A DNA stretch of 64,000 nt from an uncultured SAR86 cluster bacterium (lineage in GTDB: Bacteria > Pseudomonadota > Gammaproteobacteria > Magnimaribacterales > D2472), in NCBI GenBank assembly GCA_902610905.1, contig CACLXS010000001.1:6079-70078 (forward strand), given 5' to 3'. Of the stretch, positions 1-10,448 are shown piece after piece. The translations under genes and the position numbers were made by a program. Below the pieces are notes generated by a model. That model was not told the origin of the DNA and did no database searches. It saw nothing but the letters and a program-made list of their open reading frames with translations. Numbering within the stretch: the first letter of the stretch is position 1; the number at the start of each line of letters is the position of its first letter.

Positions 1-249
1 TTTTGGAAGTGTAGACTTGATTTAGCCCTAGGCAGAATGCCTGTTACACCCAACCTTCCGTCAAGCTGGTATGAAACCAAAAACTTACACCTTTGTACAA
101 TCAAAGATTTTGAAACACTGTGTTTTGAAGAAGATTTTGTTATTAACGAAAAATTTTTTCTTAATGATAAAGGCACTAAGAGCACTTTGGCTTCAACTTT
201 TCCAAATACTTTTGCCTCCGAGGGAGTCTATCTGCTTGCTAAAAAATAA
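1..249 (+). CDS. metW: Methionine biosynthesis protein MetW, C-terminal fragment (gene begins upstream of window)
   Basis: Frame 1 is open from nt 1. FWKCRLDLALGRMPVTPNLPSSWYETKNLHLCTIKDFETLC matches the conserved MetW C-terminal block (GRMPV..LPY.WY.TPNIH.CT..DFE.LC). Followed by rdgB-hemW, as in pseudomonad metXW neighbourhoods. Confidence 0.75.
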   Translation, partial: FWKCRLDLALGRMPVTPNLPSSWYETKNLHLCTIKDFETLCFEEDFVINEKFFLNDKGTKSTLASTFPNTFASEGVYLLAKK

Positions 250-832
250 TAAAGTTCTTCTTGCTTCATCTAATCAAGGAAAAATAAGGGAATTTAAAAA
301 AATTTTTAAGGGCTTTGATGTTATATCTCAAGTAGATTTGGGAATTGATGACGCTGTTGAGGACGGAATTTCATTTTTTGAAAATGCACTAAAAAAAGCT
401 AGACATGGTTCAAATAAATCAGGGCTCTTAACAATTGCCGATGACTCTGGATTGGTTGTACCAGAGTTAGACTATGAACCAGGAATCTATTCAGCAAGAT
501 ATGCAGGCGAAGGAGCCTCAGATAAAGATAATAGGGATAAAATTATTAATCAATTAAACAAAAAAAATGTATCTTCTCTTGAAGCCTTTTATATATGTGT
601 CTTAGTTGGCGTTCGCTCAGATTCAGACCCTATCCCTCTTTACTCTGTCGGTGAAATTCATGGAAGAATATCAACAAAAAATTCAGGCGATGGGGGTTTT
701 GGCTATGACAAAATTTTTTATCCGAATGGATATGATGTATCTATGGCCTCTATTGATCCTGAAGAAAAAAATAAAATAAGTCATAGAGCTATTGCTGCAA
801 AATCATTCATTAAAGAGCTTGAAAAACTTTAA
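236..832 (+). CDS. rdgB: dITP/XTP pyrophosphatase (Ham1/RdgB family)
   Basis: KVLLASSNQGKIREF N-terminus, ADDSGL, GGFGYDKIF and SHRA motifs. There is no in-frame ATG near the N-terminus. TTG at 236 is preceded by GAGGGAG (220-226). The frame is open from 71, so the start is uncertain. Confidence 0.85.
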   Translation: MLKNNKVLLASSNQGKIREFKKIFKGFDVISQVDLGIDDAVEDGISFFENALKKARHGSNKSGLLTIADDSGLVVPELDYEPGIYSARYAGEGASDKDNRDKIINQLNKKNVSSLEAFYICVLVGVRSDSDPIPLYSVGEIHGRISTKNSGDGGFGYDKIFYPNGYDVSMASIDPEEKNKISHRAIAAKSFIKELEKL

Positions 833-1952
833 TCCAAACAAAGTACCTATATCACTTTATATTCATCTACCCTGGTGTGAGAAAAGATGTCCTTACTGTG
901 ACTTCAATATCAATACCAATAAATTAGATGGAGATGAAGAAAGGCTATTGGCTGCTCTTAATCAGGATTTACAAGACTCAATGAAATATATTCAAAAAAG
1001 AAAATTCTGCTCTGTTTACTTTGGGGGCGGAACCCCGTCATTGGTATCTTCAAAGATAATAAAAAGAATTATCAAAAATTTAAACGATATGGGCCATTTA
1101 AAAGAAGAATGTGAAATAAGCTTTGAGTTAAATCCAAAAGAAGTGTCTCACTCTTATTTGAATGAAATTATTGCTGCTGGGGTTAATAGAGTTTCAATAG
1201 GTATACAAAGTTTTGATCAAGGAGTGTTAGATAGCTTAGAAAGAAACCATAGTACTAATGATAGTTACCAAGCAATTAAGATTGCTTCTGAATTTAAAAA
1301 CATCAATATTTCAATTGATTTGATTTATGCAGTTATGAACCAATCAATTGCTTCTCTAAAACAAGATATTGAAATATTCTGCAAAAATAAAATTGATCAC
1401 TTATCTCTTTACCAGCTAACAATTGAACCTAATACAATTTTTTATAAAAAAGAATTAAATATCCCATCTGATAAGACCATAGAGTCAATGGAATTGACTG
1501 CAAAAGATATTCTCAATAAAAATAATATTTTTCAGTATGAGGTTTCATCATGGTCAAAAAATAACAAAGTAAGTAAACATAATATGAATTATTGGCTATA
1601 CGGTGATTATCTTGGTATAGGTCCAGGTGCTCACAGTAAAATTACAACAGAAAATTCAATAACGAGGATGATTAAATTAAAAAAAGTTGGGTCTTATATC
1701 AATAATCCGTCAAAGATAAAAATTATTAAAATAAATGAGTCAACATATGATCTTGATCTTGCAATGAATGTCTTGAGGGTTAAAAGCGGCACTTCGTTTG
1801 AGGATCTTAAAAAAAGAGGTATTTATATATCAGATACTTTTAAAGAAAAATTATGTATAGGCTATAAAAAAGGTTTAATAGAAAAGAATTTAATTAAGGC
1901 AACTAATCAGGGATATAAGTTTCTGAACGACACTGTAAATACTTTTAACTAG
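792..1952 (+). CDS. hemW: Radical SAM heme chaperone HemW / HemN-like (YggW)
   Basis: CEKRCPYCDF radical-SAM CxxxCxxC, YFGGGTPS, 386 aa, positioned after rdgB. TTG starts are possible at 792 or 819. Confidence 0.85.
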   Translation: MLQNHSLKSLKNFNPNKVPISLYIHLPWCEKRCPYCDFNINTNKLDGDEERLLAALNQDLQDSMKYIQKRKFCSVYFGGGTPSLVSSKIIKRIIKNLNDMGHLKEECEISFELNPKEVSHSYLNEIIAAGVNRVSIGIQSFDQGVLDSLERNHSTNDSYQAIKIASEFKNINISIDLIYAVMNQSIASLKQDIEIFCKNKIDHLSLYQLTIEPNTIFYKKELNIPSDKTIESMELTAKDILNKNNIFQYEVSSWSKNNKVSKHNMNYWLYGDYLGIGPGAHSKITTENSITRMIKLKKVGSYINNPSKIKIIKINESTYDLDLAMNVLRVKSGTSFEDLKKRGIYISDTFKEKLCIGYKKGLIEKNLIKATNQGYKFLNDTVNTFN

Positions 1953-2611
1953 GTTTTCTGTAATGAAAAGGGATAAATTTTTCTACCCTCTTCTATAGCC
2001 CTTTGCTGAAACTTAGTTAATGTTATGTTCTCATAAGGGGAAGAGTTTAAAATTTTGAAATCTGAATTTTGATTAATAGATTCATTGATTGATTCTGCAT
2101 AATTTTCCCAATCTGTTGACATAAAAAGATGACCATCTGAATTTAATACTTTATAAATTGAATCTAAAAACTCTGAGTTTATCATTCGTCTTTTGTGGTG
2201 TTTTAACTTGGGCCAAGGATCGGGGCATATTATTAAAACTTCATCAAAGACTGATTCATTAATTTTGTCTATCAATAGTCTTATATCGCCTGTTATTAAT
2301 CTAATATTGGTTAACTCATTAGCATTGATTGCTCCAAGAACTTGGCCAATCCCAGCCATATATACTTCTGAACCTATGTATAAATTTTGCGAATTTTCTT
2401 TAGCTAAGTTTATAAGGTTCTCTCCATTGCCAAAGCCTATTTCTAAAATAATCTTTTTAAAATTGCTTTTGTCGAGAAGTATCTGGGCGTGAGAGGTTAT
2501 ATGATATCTATGTAAAAATTTAAGATTATCTTCTTGGCTTTTAGTTATGCGCCCCTTTCTTTGAACAAAAGATGGCAGAAATTTGTTGCGCATTTGTAAA
2601 TGAAATAACAA
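1949..2611 (-). CDS. trmB: tRNA (guanine46-N7)-methyltransferase
   Basis: EIGFGNGE SAM motif and PDPWPKLKHHKRR signature; 220 aa. Confidence 0.9.
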   Translation of the reverse strand: MLFHLQMRNKFLPSFVQRKGRITKSQEDNLKFLHRYHITSHAQILLDKSNFKKIILEIGFGNGENLINLAKENSQNLYIGSEVYMAGIGQVLGAINANELTNIRLITGDIRLLIDKINESVFDEVLIICPDPWPKLKHHKRRMINSEFLDSIYKVLNSDGHLFMSTDWENYAESINESINQNSDFKILNSSPYENITLTKFQQRAIEEGRKIYPFSLQKT

Positions 2612-2620
2612 TGAATTATA

Positions 2621-3481
2621 TTAAGCAGCACTTACCATTATGGCTTTTAATTTTTTTAATGCTCCGTTTTCGATTTGCCTAATTCTTTCTGCAGAAACTT
2701 CGTACTCTTCAGCTAACTCATGTAATGTTGCTTTATCGTCTGCTAAATATCTTCTTTGAAGAATGTCTTTGCTCCTATCATCTAACATTTTAAGAGCTTC
2801 AACTAATTCACTCTGATTCATATCATCAGCTTCAGCATTTGCAACAATAACCTCAGGATCATATGTTTTGTCTTCAATATATTGCGAAGGTGACATCATT
2901 TCATCATCATCACCAGAAGGAACGGGAGTATCAAATGAAGCATCGTTTGATGAGAGCCTGTTTTCCATGTGAAGAACATCCTTGACTTCTACATTGAGAT
3001 CTTTAGCAATATTTTCTGCTTCTTCTTTAGTAAGCCATTCAAGACTCTTTTTCTTGCCTCTAAGGTTAAAAAATAATTTTCTTTGAGCTTTAGTTGTTGC
3101 TATTTTTACAAGTCTCCAATTCTTAAGAATGTACTCATGTATTTCAGCTTTAATCCAATGAACAGCAAAAGAAACCACTTTTACTCCTCTGTGTGGATCA
3201 TATTTATCAACCGCTTTCATTAGTCCAACATTACCTTCTTGGATAATATCAGCCAAAGGAAGTCCATAACCTTGATATGACCTTGCAATATGAACAACAA
3301 ATCTTAGATGATGAATAACTAACTGTCTTGCAGCATCTAAATCATCTTCTTCATATAGTTTGAGAGCTAATTCCTGCTCTTCTTCTTTAGACAATATAGG
3401 AATTGAATGCACAGAAGCTAAATAGGACTCAATATCCTTGCCAGGACTATTTAACTGAGATGGTTGTAACTGAGTTCCCAT
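2621..3481 (-). CDS. rpoH: RNA polymerase sigma-32 (heat shock sigma factor)
   Basis: Sigma-70 regions 2-4 (QEGNVGLMKAVDKYDP), RpoH box QRKLFFNLR; 286 aa. Confidence 0.93.
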   Translation of the reverse strand: MGTQLQPSQLNSPGKDIESYLASVHSIPILSKEEEQELALKLYEEDDLDAARQLVIHHLRFVVHIARSYQGYGLPLADIIQEGNVGLMKAVDKYDPHRGVKVVSFAVHWIKAEIHEYILKNWRLVKIATTKAQRKLFFNLRGKKKSLEWLTKEEAENIAKDLNVEVKDVLHMENRLSSNDASFDTPVPSGDDDEMMSPSQYIEDKTYDPEVIVANAEADDMNQSELVEALKMLDDRSKDILQRRYLADDKATLHELAEEYEVSAERIRQIENGALKKLKAIMVSAA

Positions 3482-3539
3482 ACTTATTATATATTTTATT
3501 TATAATTAATTATATTATTCATTAATGTTTAATACAAAA

Positions 3540-4352
3540 TTATACCAATTTTTTATAAAACTCGCTCAAAATAGAAAAATATTTGTCTTTTATGGTTTTA
3601 TTTCTAAATGCTACAAAAGCTGGATTTAAGATGCTTTCCTCTTTCGAGTATCTTAGATCTTCAGTATTGGCCATTTGAGAGATACTTCCGCCATATGCAT
3701 GTAATATAGCGTGTCCAGCTGCTATATCCCACTCTGAAGTGGGCCCAAATCTTGGATATATATCAGCTTTATTGTCTGCAAGTGCACACAATTTCAATGA
3801 GCTACCCTTTTCTATTATTTCATAAGAAACGTTTAAACTATTAAGGTAATCAAGAAACATTTTGTCTTTATCTGTCTGATGGCTTTTACTCATTACAATT
3901 CGTAAACTATCTGGTATCGTTTCTTCGATACTATAAATATGAAATTTAGATCCAAGCCAAATTTGACTTGAACTTGGTGCACATATTATTCCAAAAATAG
4001 CTTTCGTTTTTTCTATAAGAGCAATATTTACAGTAAAGTCTTTTGACTTATTTAAGAACTCTCTTGTTCCGTCTAAAGGGTCAACCAACCAATATGGGAT
4101 GCTGGGTATATCTAATTCTTTTTTATAAGTTTCTTCTGAAACTATCGGAATGTTTGGAGTAATTTCTTTAAGCGCGCTGACAATGATGTTATTTGCATTG
4201 TTATCAGCTTCTGTGACAGGAGAACCATCTGATTTTATTTCGCTTTCAAACTCATCTTTTCTATAAACGTCCATAATTGCATTTGCTGCATCTTGCATGG
4301 TTTTTTTTAGTGGCTGGTTTAGGCTTTCTAGAAATTCTGCATCAATTGACAT
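3540..4352 (-). CDS. cysQ: 3'(2'),5'-bisphosphate nucleotidase (inositol monophosphatase family)
   Basis: WLVDPLDGTREF and EWDIAAGHAIL motifs; 270 aa. Confidence 0.8.
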   Translation of the reverse strand: MSIDAEFLESLNQPLKKTMQDAANAIMDVYRKDEFESEIKSDGSPVTEADNNANNIIVSALKEITPNIPIVSEETYKKELDIPSIPYWLVDPLDGTREFLNKSKDFTVNIALIEKTKAIFGIICAPSSSQIWLGSKFHIYSIEETIPDSLRIVMSKSHQTDKDKMFLDYLNSLNVSYEIIEKGSSLKLCALADNKADIYPRFGPTSEWDIAAGHAILHAYGGSISQMANTEDLRYSKEESILNPAFVAFRNKTIKDKYFSILSEFYKKLV

Positions 4353-4356
4353 AACG

Positions 4357-5214
4357 TTAATTTATTTTATCTTTTGGCTTGAGCGCTTCCAGCCTCATTT
4401 GCATAAGCCCATCTTCTGTATCTGGATACTCATTATTATATATTGATGCCTCCCATCTTCCATACATCGGATTGGTAATCATGAACCATTTTGAACCCCA
4501 CATATGTTTGTAGGTGTCAGCCAGTTCTTTTCTTGCATCTAATTCAAGTGTTGTTTCATCTAGTGGCAAAAAATCACCTAGCTGATCGCCAATAAGTAAT
4601 AAAATTCTATAATCTTTTGCAACCAATTTTCTTCTTGAAATCTTGTCAGAGGTCCAACCATTTTCATTCTTCATTAATAGAACATCTCTATCCGTATCAA
4701 GAGGAAGTCCAAGTTTCTTTAGGTTATTGCGTGTTGCATCCTCTGCTACTGCAATCCTATTTGTCACATAAAAAATTTTTACACCTTTGCTTTGTGAATA
4801 CTCTAAGAAATCTGATACTCCAGCAACAGCATCGGAAGATTCTTCAAGCATCCAATCAAGCCATCCTGTGGGATAGGATTGGCCGTCTATAATAGATCTA
4901 GCTTGAAAAGGAACATTATTTAAGACTGTTTCATCAATATCCAAAATTATTGCAGGTGGTTTATTTTCAAAATTATCTTTTTGTTCTATTGCTGCAGTCC
5001 AGGTGACATCATTCAATGCTCTATCAAGTGCTGACTTTGCATTAACGTATGTTTGTATATTACTCGCCTCATATTCTGCTGAAGACTGGGCGTAAAGGAC
5101 CGAAAGCATTGATTGGGCTTGAAGAGAATTATCAAACTCTTCTCCTTTTGCATAAATATTATCAATAAACGTGTAAAGGATAAGACAGAAATATAATAGA
5201 TTCCGTGATTTCAT
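4357..5214 (-). CDS. Secreted class C / e(P4)-type acid phosphatase (HAD IIIB)
   Basis: N-terminal signal peptide; AIILDIDETVLNN, YVTNR and GDQLGDF motifs. Confidence 0.75.
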   Translation of the reverse strand: MKSRNLLYFCLILYTFIDNIYAKGEEFDNSLQAQSMLSVLYAQSSAEYEASNIQTYVNAKSALDRALNDVTWTAAIEQKDNFENKPPAIILDIDETVLNNVPFQARSIIDGQSYPTGWLDWMLEESSDAVAGVSDFLEYSQSKGVKIFYVTNRIAVAEDATRNNLKKLGLPLDTDRDVLLMKNENGWTSDKISRRKLVAKDYRILLLIGDQLGDFLPLDETTLELDARKELADTYKHMWGSKWFMITNPMYGRWEASIYNNEYPDTEDGLMQMRLEALKPKDKIN

Positions 5215-5231
5215 AGATTAAGAGCATTATA

Positions 5232-5426
5232 ATGCCAATAATTATATTTAAGTCACAAAAAGCTATGAATAATGAACTATTAGAGAATCTTAATAAACTA
5301 AAAAAAATGCTTGTGTTGTTAAGTAAAGACAGAAAAGTTGTAATGTCTCACCATAAGACATTTGAGCATGTGGAAAAGATGCGCAACATTGTTAATGAAT
5401 CAATAGAAATTGCTGAAAATGAGTAA
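5232..5426 (+). CDS. Hypothetical small helical protein (64 aa or shorter)
   Basis: ORF only. Its TAA (5424-5426) overlaps the ATG (5419) of the downstream crotonase gene. No recognisable motif. Confidence 0.25.
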   Translation: MPIIIFKSQKAMNNELLENLNKLKKMLVLLSKDRKVVMSHHKTFEHVEKMRNIVNESIEIAENE

Positions 5427-6276
5427 ATATTCTTGTTTCGAAGTTCAAATTAATGATGGCATTGCCCATCTTATTATGAACAGGCCTGATCAATTAAACT
5501 CAATGACAAGAATCTTTTGGAAAGAGCTGCCAGAGATAGTTAAAGATATTGATAAAAAGTCTGATGCAAGAGTTTTAATATTATCTGGTCAAGGTAGACA
5601 CTTTAGTGCTGGTATGGATTTTGCTAACTTTGCACCTCCAAAAAAATCTGAAAAAGAAATTGATCCAGCAAGAAAAAGAGAAGCTTTCTATCATGAAGTC
5701 CTAGAACTACAGGATACTTTTACAGTGCTTGAAGAATGCAGAATGCCCACCATAGCTGCAATTCAAGGTGGATGTATTGGTGGAGCCATAGATATGGCTT
5801 CGGCATGTGATATGAGATATTGCTCTGAAGATGCTTTTTTTAAAATTGCAGAAGTTGATATAGGTATTGCAGCTGATGTTGGCACACTTCAAAGACTGCC
5901 ATCTTTAATTCCTTTGGCTGTTTTAAGAGAACTTGCATACACAGGAAGAAAATGTGACTCTGACGAAGCTAAATCTCTTGGTCTTGTTAATGAAGTGTAT
6001 TCGTCTGTAGAGGACATGATGGAAGAGGTACAGAAATTAGCTCAGACAATTGCAAGCAAATCACCTCTTGTAACTAGAGTAATTAAAAAACAAATTAATT
6101 ATGCTAGAGATAATTCCGTCAGAGACTCTTTAGAGTATCATGCTATGTGGAACGCCAGCTTAATAAGTAATAAAGATACAGAAACTGCACTAACAGCATT
6201 TATGAATAAATCTGAAGGTGAATTTGATGATCTAGAAGAGCTAAAGTCTTTTTGGGAAAAAGAGGGATTAATTTAA
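5419..6276 (+). CDS. Enoyl-CoA hydratase/isomerase (crotonase) family protein, dienoyl-CoA-isomerase-like
   Basis: LNRPDQLNSM, GQGRHFSAGMD and IAAIQGGCIGGAIDMASACDMRY crotonase fold motifs. ATG at 5419; TTG at 5410 is also possible. Confidence 0.85.
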   Translation: MSKYSCFEVQINDGIAHLIMNRPDQLNSMTRIFWKELPEIVKDIDKKSDARVLILSGQGRHFSAGMDFANFAPPKKSEKEIDPARKREAFYHEVLELQDTFTVLEECRMPTIAAIQGGCIGGAIDMASACDMRYCSEDAFFKIAEVDIGIAADVGTLQRLPSLIPLAVLRELAYTGRKCDSDEAKSLGLVNEVYSSVEDMMEEVQKLAQTIASKSPLVTRVIKKQINYARDNSVRDSLEYHAMWNASLISNKDTETALTAFMNKSEGEFDDLEELKSFWEKEGLI

Positions 6277-7040
6277 TCTCTTAAAAACACTGGCTCAGTA
6301 GCCGTTGATTCAGCTTTGGAGTAATAATAGCCATCTGAGTTGAAACCAGAAATTTTCTCAAAGTCTTTTATATTGTTCTCAATAATCCATCTAGCCATGA
6401 GACCTCTTGCCTTTTTAGCATAAAAACTAATTATTTTATATTTACCGTTTTTGAAGTCTTTGAATACAGGTGATACAACATTTACATAGTCTGGCATTTT
6501 GCCCAGAACGCTAAAATATTCTTTAGAAGCTAAATTGATTAATAGATCAGATTTTTGGGATTGTAAATCATTCATTACATTTTCTTGAATTGAGTTACCC
6601 CAAAATTCGTACAAATTTTTACCCTTACTGGTTTCTAATTTTGTCCCCATTTCTAGTCTGTAAGGTTTAATAACATCCATAGGTCTTAATATTCCATATA
6701 ACCCAGAAAGAATTCTCAAATGCTTTTGAGCAAATTTAATTTGCTTAGCATTAAAAGTTTCAGCATCAAGCCCTTGATAAACATCCCCCTTAAAAACTAG
6801 CAATGAGGGCTTACTATCTTCAGATACAGTTTTAGATGCTTTCCATGATTGATAGCGATCAAAATTTAAAGCTGCCAACTTATCACTTAAGCCCATTAGA
6901 CTAGCAATATCTTTTGGCTCCTTGTCTTTGAGAGTTTTTATAAGGCTTGAAGATTGGCTTAAAAACTGGGGTGCAGTATGATTGCTTTTAGAATCAACTT
7001 CATAATCCAAAGTTTTAGCTGGTGAAAGTATAATTATCAT
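6273..7040 (-). CDS. yaaA: Peroxide stress protein YaaA (UPF0246)
   Basis: MIIILSPAKTLDYE aligns with the E. coli YaaA N-terminus MLILISPAKTLDY. FKGDVY, YRLEMG and ISFYAKKARGLMARWIIEN also match. The ORF extends to 7073 but the homologous start is 7040. Confidence 0.9.
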   Translation of the reverse strand: MIIILSPAKTLDYEVDSKSNHTAPQFLSQSSSLIKTLKDKEPKDIASLMGLSDKLAALNFDRYQSWKASKTVSEDSKPSLLVFKGDVYQGLDAETFNAKQIKFAQKHLRILSGLYGILRPMDVIKPYRLEMGTKLETSKGKNLYEFWGNSIQENVMNDLQSQKSDLLINLASKEYFSVLGKMPDYVNVVSPVFKDFKNGKYKIISFYAKKARGLMARWIIENNIKDFEKISGFNSDGYYYSKAESTATEPVFLRD

Positions 7041-7076
7041 GATAAACATTCTAACTAAATCTGAGTCAGACATCTA

Positions 7077-7550
7077 ATGAAAGTTCTAGAAAAGTATATA
7101 AATTTTGTAGGTGAAAAAATATCTTACCTAATACCAGTGATGGTTGCTTTGATGGTATTTGTAATTATTAGTAGGTATTTTTTTGGCATTGGGAGAACTG
7201 ATATCCAAGAGCTGGTGATGTACTTTCATGCTTTGGTTTTTCTTGGTTGTGCTGGGTATGTAATGAATAATGATGAACATGTAAGAGTTGATATTTTTTA
7301 TAGAAATGCATCTGATAGCTATAAAAAGAATATAAATACTATATTTGGTTTATTGTTTTTAATACCTCTAATTATTGTTACATTTTTTTATTCTATTGAA
7401 ACAATCGAAGCTTCTTGGAAAATGAGTGAAGCTTCTACAGAAGCTGGTGGTTTGGCATATGTATACATTCAAAAAACATTAATGATTCTATTTCCGCTAA
7501 CACTTTTAGCAGCGCTAATTAATCAATTTATCAAAACAAAATGGAAATAA
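7077..7550 (+). CDS. TRAP transporter small permease (DctQ family)
   Basis: 157 aa with 4 predicted TM segments. Overlaps and precedes the DctM gene. Confidence 0.8.
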   Translation: MKVLEKYINFVGEKISYLIPVMVALMVFVIISRYFFGIGRTDIQELVMYFHALVFLGCAGYVMNNDEHVRVDIFYRNASDSYKKNINTIFGLLFLIPLIIVTFFYSIETIEASWKMSEASTEAGGLAYVYIQKTLMILFPLTLLAALINQFIKTKWK

Positions 7551-8878
7551 TTCCTTTATTACTTTTAGTTTTAATATGTCTAGCTCTTTTGTTTGGATAT
7601 CCAGTTGCATTCACACTTTCTGGTGTCTCTATTCTGTTTGCTCTAATCTGTATACCGTTTGGAATATTTGATGAATCAATTTTGAAAAGCATCCCTCTAA
7701 GGATATTTGGAATTATGAATAATGTGACTCTACTTGCAGTTCCCTTGTTTATATTTATGGGGACTGTTCTTGAAAGATCGGGCATTGCTGCAAAAATGTT
7801 AGAAAACATGGCTTTGGCATTTAAGAATATTAGAGGCGGTCTAAGCATTTCTATAATTGCTGTAGGCGCTCTATTAGCAGCAAGCACAGGTATTGTTGGC
7901 GCAACAGTTGTAACAATGGGTCTTATGTCTCTGCCGATACTTATACAACAAGGTTATAAAAAAGATTTCTCATCGGGCCTAGTTGCTTCAACTGGAACCT
8001 TAGGACAGATTATTCCTCCTTCAATTGCATTAGTGCTTTTGGGCGATGTTATGTCTAATGCATATCAAAGAGCTCAAAACAACATGGGTATTTTTTCTCA
8101 ACAAACTGTTACTGTCGGAGATTTATTTATTGGTGCCATAGTTCCTGGAATTATGATTTGTATTGGGTATCTGATTTATGCGATCTATCAAAACTATAAA
8201 AATCCAAATATCTTGTTTGAGCCAGAAGCAAATTCAGCATCATTCAAAGATATTCTTAAGACTCTTGCCCTGCCACTACTTTTAATTGTTTTAGTTTTGG
8301 GTTCTATTATTGCTGGAATAGCAACTCCAACAGAGGCATCTGCTATTGGAGCTGCTGGCGTACTTTTGATAGTTCTTATCAATGGCAAATTCTCTTTAGG
8401 CTTTATAAAAGAAACTAGCCAGAAAACAGCAATTGTCTCAACAATGATCTTCACAATACTAATTGGTGCTTCTATTTTTTCATTAATTTTTAGAGGAGTT
8501 GGTGGAGATGACCTAATTGATCTAATATTTGGCTCTCTTCCTGGTGGATCATATACAGCATTAATTTTTGTTTTAATTTTTGTTTTTTTGCTTGGTTTTA
8601 TTTTAGACTTTATTGAAATTTGCTACGTAATCGTTCCTTTGGTAGCACCGCCTCTATTGATGATGGGCTTTGATCCTGTTTGGCTGGCAATTCTTATTGC
8701 AATTAACCTCCAAACTTCTTTCTTAACACCACCTTTTGGATTTTCATTGTTTTACTTGAGGGGCGTTGCAGATGAATCAATACAGACTTCAGAAATTTAT
8801 AGAGGAGTTATTCCATTTATTTTTATACAGTTATTAGTATTAATTACTGTTTTATTTTTACCGTTCTTGGTTTTATAA
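7541..8878 (+). CDS. TRAP transporter large permease (DctM family)
   Basis: 445-aa polytopic membrane protein with typical DctM blocks (AVPLFIFMG, LLAASTGIVGATVV, TPPFGFSLFYL). Confidence 0.88.
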   Translation: MEIIPLLLLVLICLALLFGYPVAFTLSGVSILFALICIPFGIFDESILKSIPLRIFGIMNNVTLLAVPLFIFMGTVLERSGIAAKMLENMALAFKNIRGGLSISIIAVGALLAASTGIVGATVVTMGLMSLPILIQQGYKKDFSSGLVASTGTLGQIIPPSIALVLLGDVMSNAYQRAQNNMGIFSQQTVTVGDLFIGAIVPGIMICIGYLIYAIYQNYKNPNILFEPEANSASFKDILKTLALPLLLIVLVLGSIIAGIATPTEASAIGAAGVLLIVLINGKFSLGFIKETSQKTAIVSTMIFTILIGASIFSLIFRGVGGDDLIDLIFGSLPGGSYTALIFVLIFVFLLGFILDFIEICYVIVPLVAPPLLMMGFDPVWLAILIAINLQTSFLTPPFGFSLFYLRGVADESIQTSEIYRGVIPFIFIQLLVLITVLFLPFLVL

Positions 8879-8880
8879 GA

Positions 8881-9843
8881 TTATAGACCAGCGTTATTTT
8901 TTTCTAATGCTCTTTCAGCTCTATAACTTGATCTAACCATAGGGCCTGAGACAACTTCCAAGAATCCTTTTTTCAATCCAATCTCTCTATAAGCTTCAAA
9001 TTCATTCGGGGTTACCCATCTTTTAATGGGTAGATGGTTTAGGGTTGGTCTTAAATATTGTCCAATTGTTAGAATATCTACTTTATTAGCTATTAGGTCG
9101 TCCATCGTTTGTTCTATTTCTTCATTAGTTTCACCAAGACCAAGAATAAGACTAGTTTTTGTTAAAACCTCGGGATTAATTTTTTTTGATTCTGCTAAAA
9201 CATCAAGCGTCTGTTGATAGCCAGCTCTAATATCTCTGACAGGATGGGTAAGCCTTTCTACAGTTTCTATATTTTGTGCAAAAACTTCTAACCCACAGTT
9301 CACAATAGTATCTATTGAAGATGGCAAACCCTTGAAGTCTGGTGTCAGAGCTTCAACTGCAGTTCCGGGATTAAGGTCTTTTATAAGTTTTACTGTATCT
9401 GCAAAATGTTTTGCACCTCCATCAGGAAGGTCATCTCTATTAACAGATGTTAAAACAACATATTTTAATTTCATTATTTGAACAGCTTTAGCGGTGTTTA
9501 ATGGTTCTTCAGAATCTAACCAGCCTTTAGGGTTACCAGTATCTACTGAACAAAATTTACACGCTCTTGTACAAACTGAGCCCATTAACATAAATGTTGC
9601 AGTTCCTGCCGACCAGCATTCAGATATATTTGGACAATGAGCTTCTTCACAAACTGTATTCAATCTCTTTTCGCTCACCTGGTTTTTTATCTTATGGAAA
9701 TTTGGATTAAATTGAGCTTTAATCTTAAGCCATTCAGGTTTTTTTAGATTAGGAATATGGGAATATTGATTACCCTTTTGGCCATTCTTTACAGCCTTAA
9801 CACCATCTCTATTGATGATTTTTTGTGTTGGAATGATTTCCAT
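8881..9843 (-). CDS. lipA: Lipoyl synthase
   Basis: [12 protein letters not shown] and CTRACKFC cluster motifs; 320 aa. Confidence 0.95.
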   Translation of the reverse strand: MEIIPTQKIINRDGVKAVKNGQKGNQYSHIPNLKKPEWLKIKAQFNPNFHKIKNQVSEKRLNTVCEEAHCPNISECWSAGTATFMLMGSVCTRACKFCSVDTGNPKGWLDSEEPLNTAKAVQIMKLKYVVLTSVNRDDLPDGGAKHFADTVKLIKDLNPGTAVEALTPDFKGLPSSIDTIVNCGLEVFAQNIETVERLTHPVRDIRAGYQQTLDVLAESKKINPEVLTKTSLILGLGETNEEIEQTMDDLIANKVDILTIGQYLRPTLNHLPIKRWVTPNEFEAYREIGLKKGFLEVVSGPMVRSSYRAERALEKNNAGL

Positions 9844-9845
9844 AT

Positions 9846-10448
9846 CTAAAATATAGGCTCTAAAAGTTGAATTGCAAGACTCTCAACATCTTTAATTGAG
9901 ATATCATTTTTATAGTCTTTTATTTGTGCTGCCTCAAGCCCTTCATAACCACATGGATTAATTAGGCTAAATGGGGTTAAGTCCATGTCAACATTTATGC
10001 TTATGCCATGATAGGTTTTGCCTTTCGAAATCCTGAGCCCTATTGAGGCTATCTTTTTATCATCTACGTAAACTCCTGGAGCTCCTTCAATAAAATTAGA
10101 CGCTATTGAGTAATTTTCTAATAAAGATTTTGTAAACTCCTGAAGGGTTTTTACTAGAGTCTTAGGTCCTAGACTAGACTTTTTTATATCGAGTAAAAAG
10201 TATATTACTAACTGGCCAGGGCCATGATAAGTAACTTCTCCACCCCTGTCTGATTGAAAAATAGGAATATCTCCAGCATTTAAAATATGTTTTTGATCAG
10301 CTGCAGTGCCTAAAGTAAAAATTGGTGGGTGTTCTAAGAACCATATTTCATTTTTAAAATCTTCATTGCTAATATGAGTTTTCATCATATGAAGAGTTTC
10401 GCCGTATTCGCAAAGACCTAGTGATTTAAAGCTTAAACTTTCAGACAC
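9846..10448 (-). CDS. lipB: Octanoyltransferase
   Basis: [14 protein letters not shown] and KIASIG motifs. GTG start overlaps the upstream stop (TAGTG). Confidence 0.92.
   Translation of the reverse strand: MSESLSFKSLGLCEYGETLHMMKTHISNEDFKNEIWFLEHPPIFTLGTAADQKHILNAGDIPIFQSDRGGEVTYHGPGQLVIYFLLDIKKSSLGPKTLVKTLQEFTKSLLENYSIASNFIEGAPGVYVDDKKIASIGLRISKGKTYHGISINVDMDLTPFSLINPCGYEGLEAAQIKDYKNDISIKDVESLAIQLLEPIF

Noticed and set aside
71-235. N-terminal extension of the rdgB ORF (MKPKTYTFVQSK...), which would give a 253-aa protein.
   Set aside because: The extension overlaps the metW coding frame and has no similarity to RdgB. Homology begins at KVLLASSNQGK, with a TTG plus RBS at 236.
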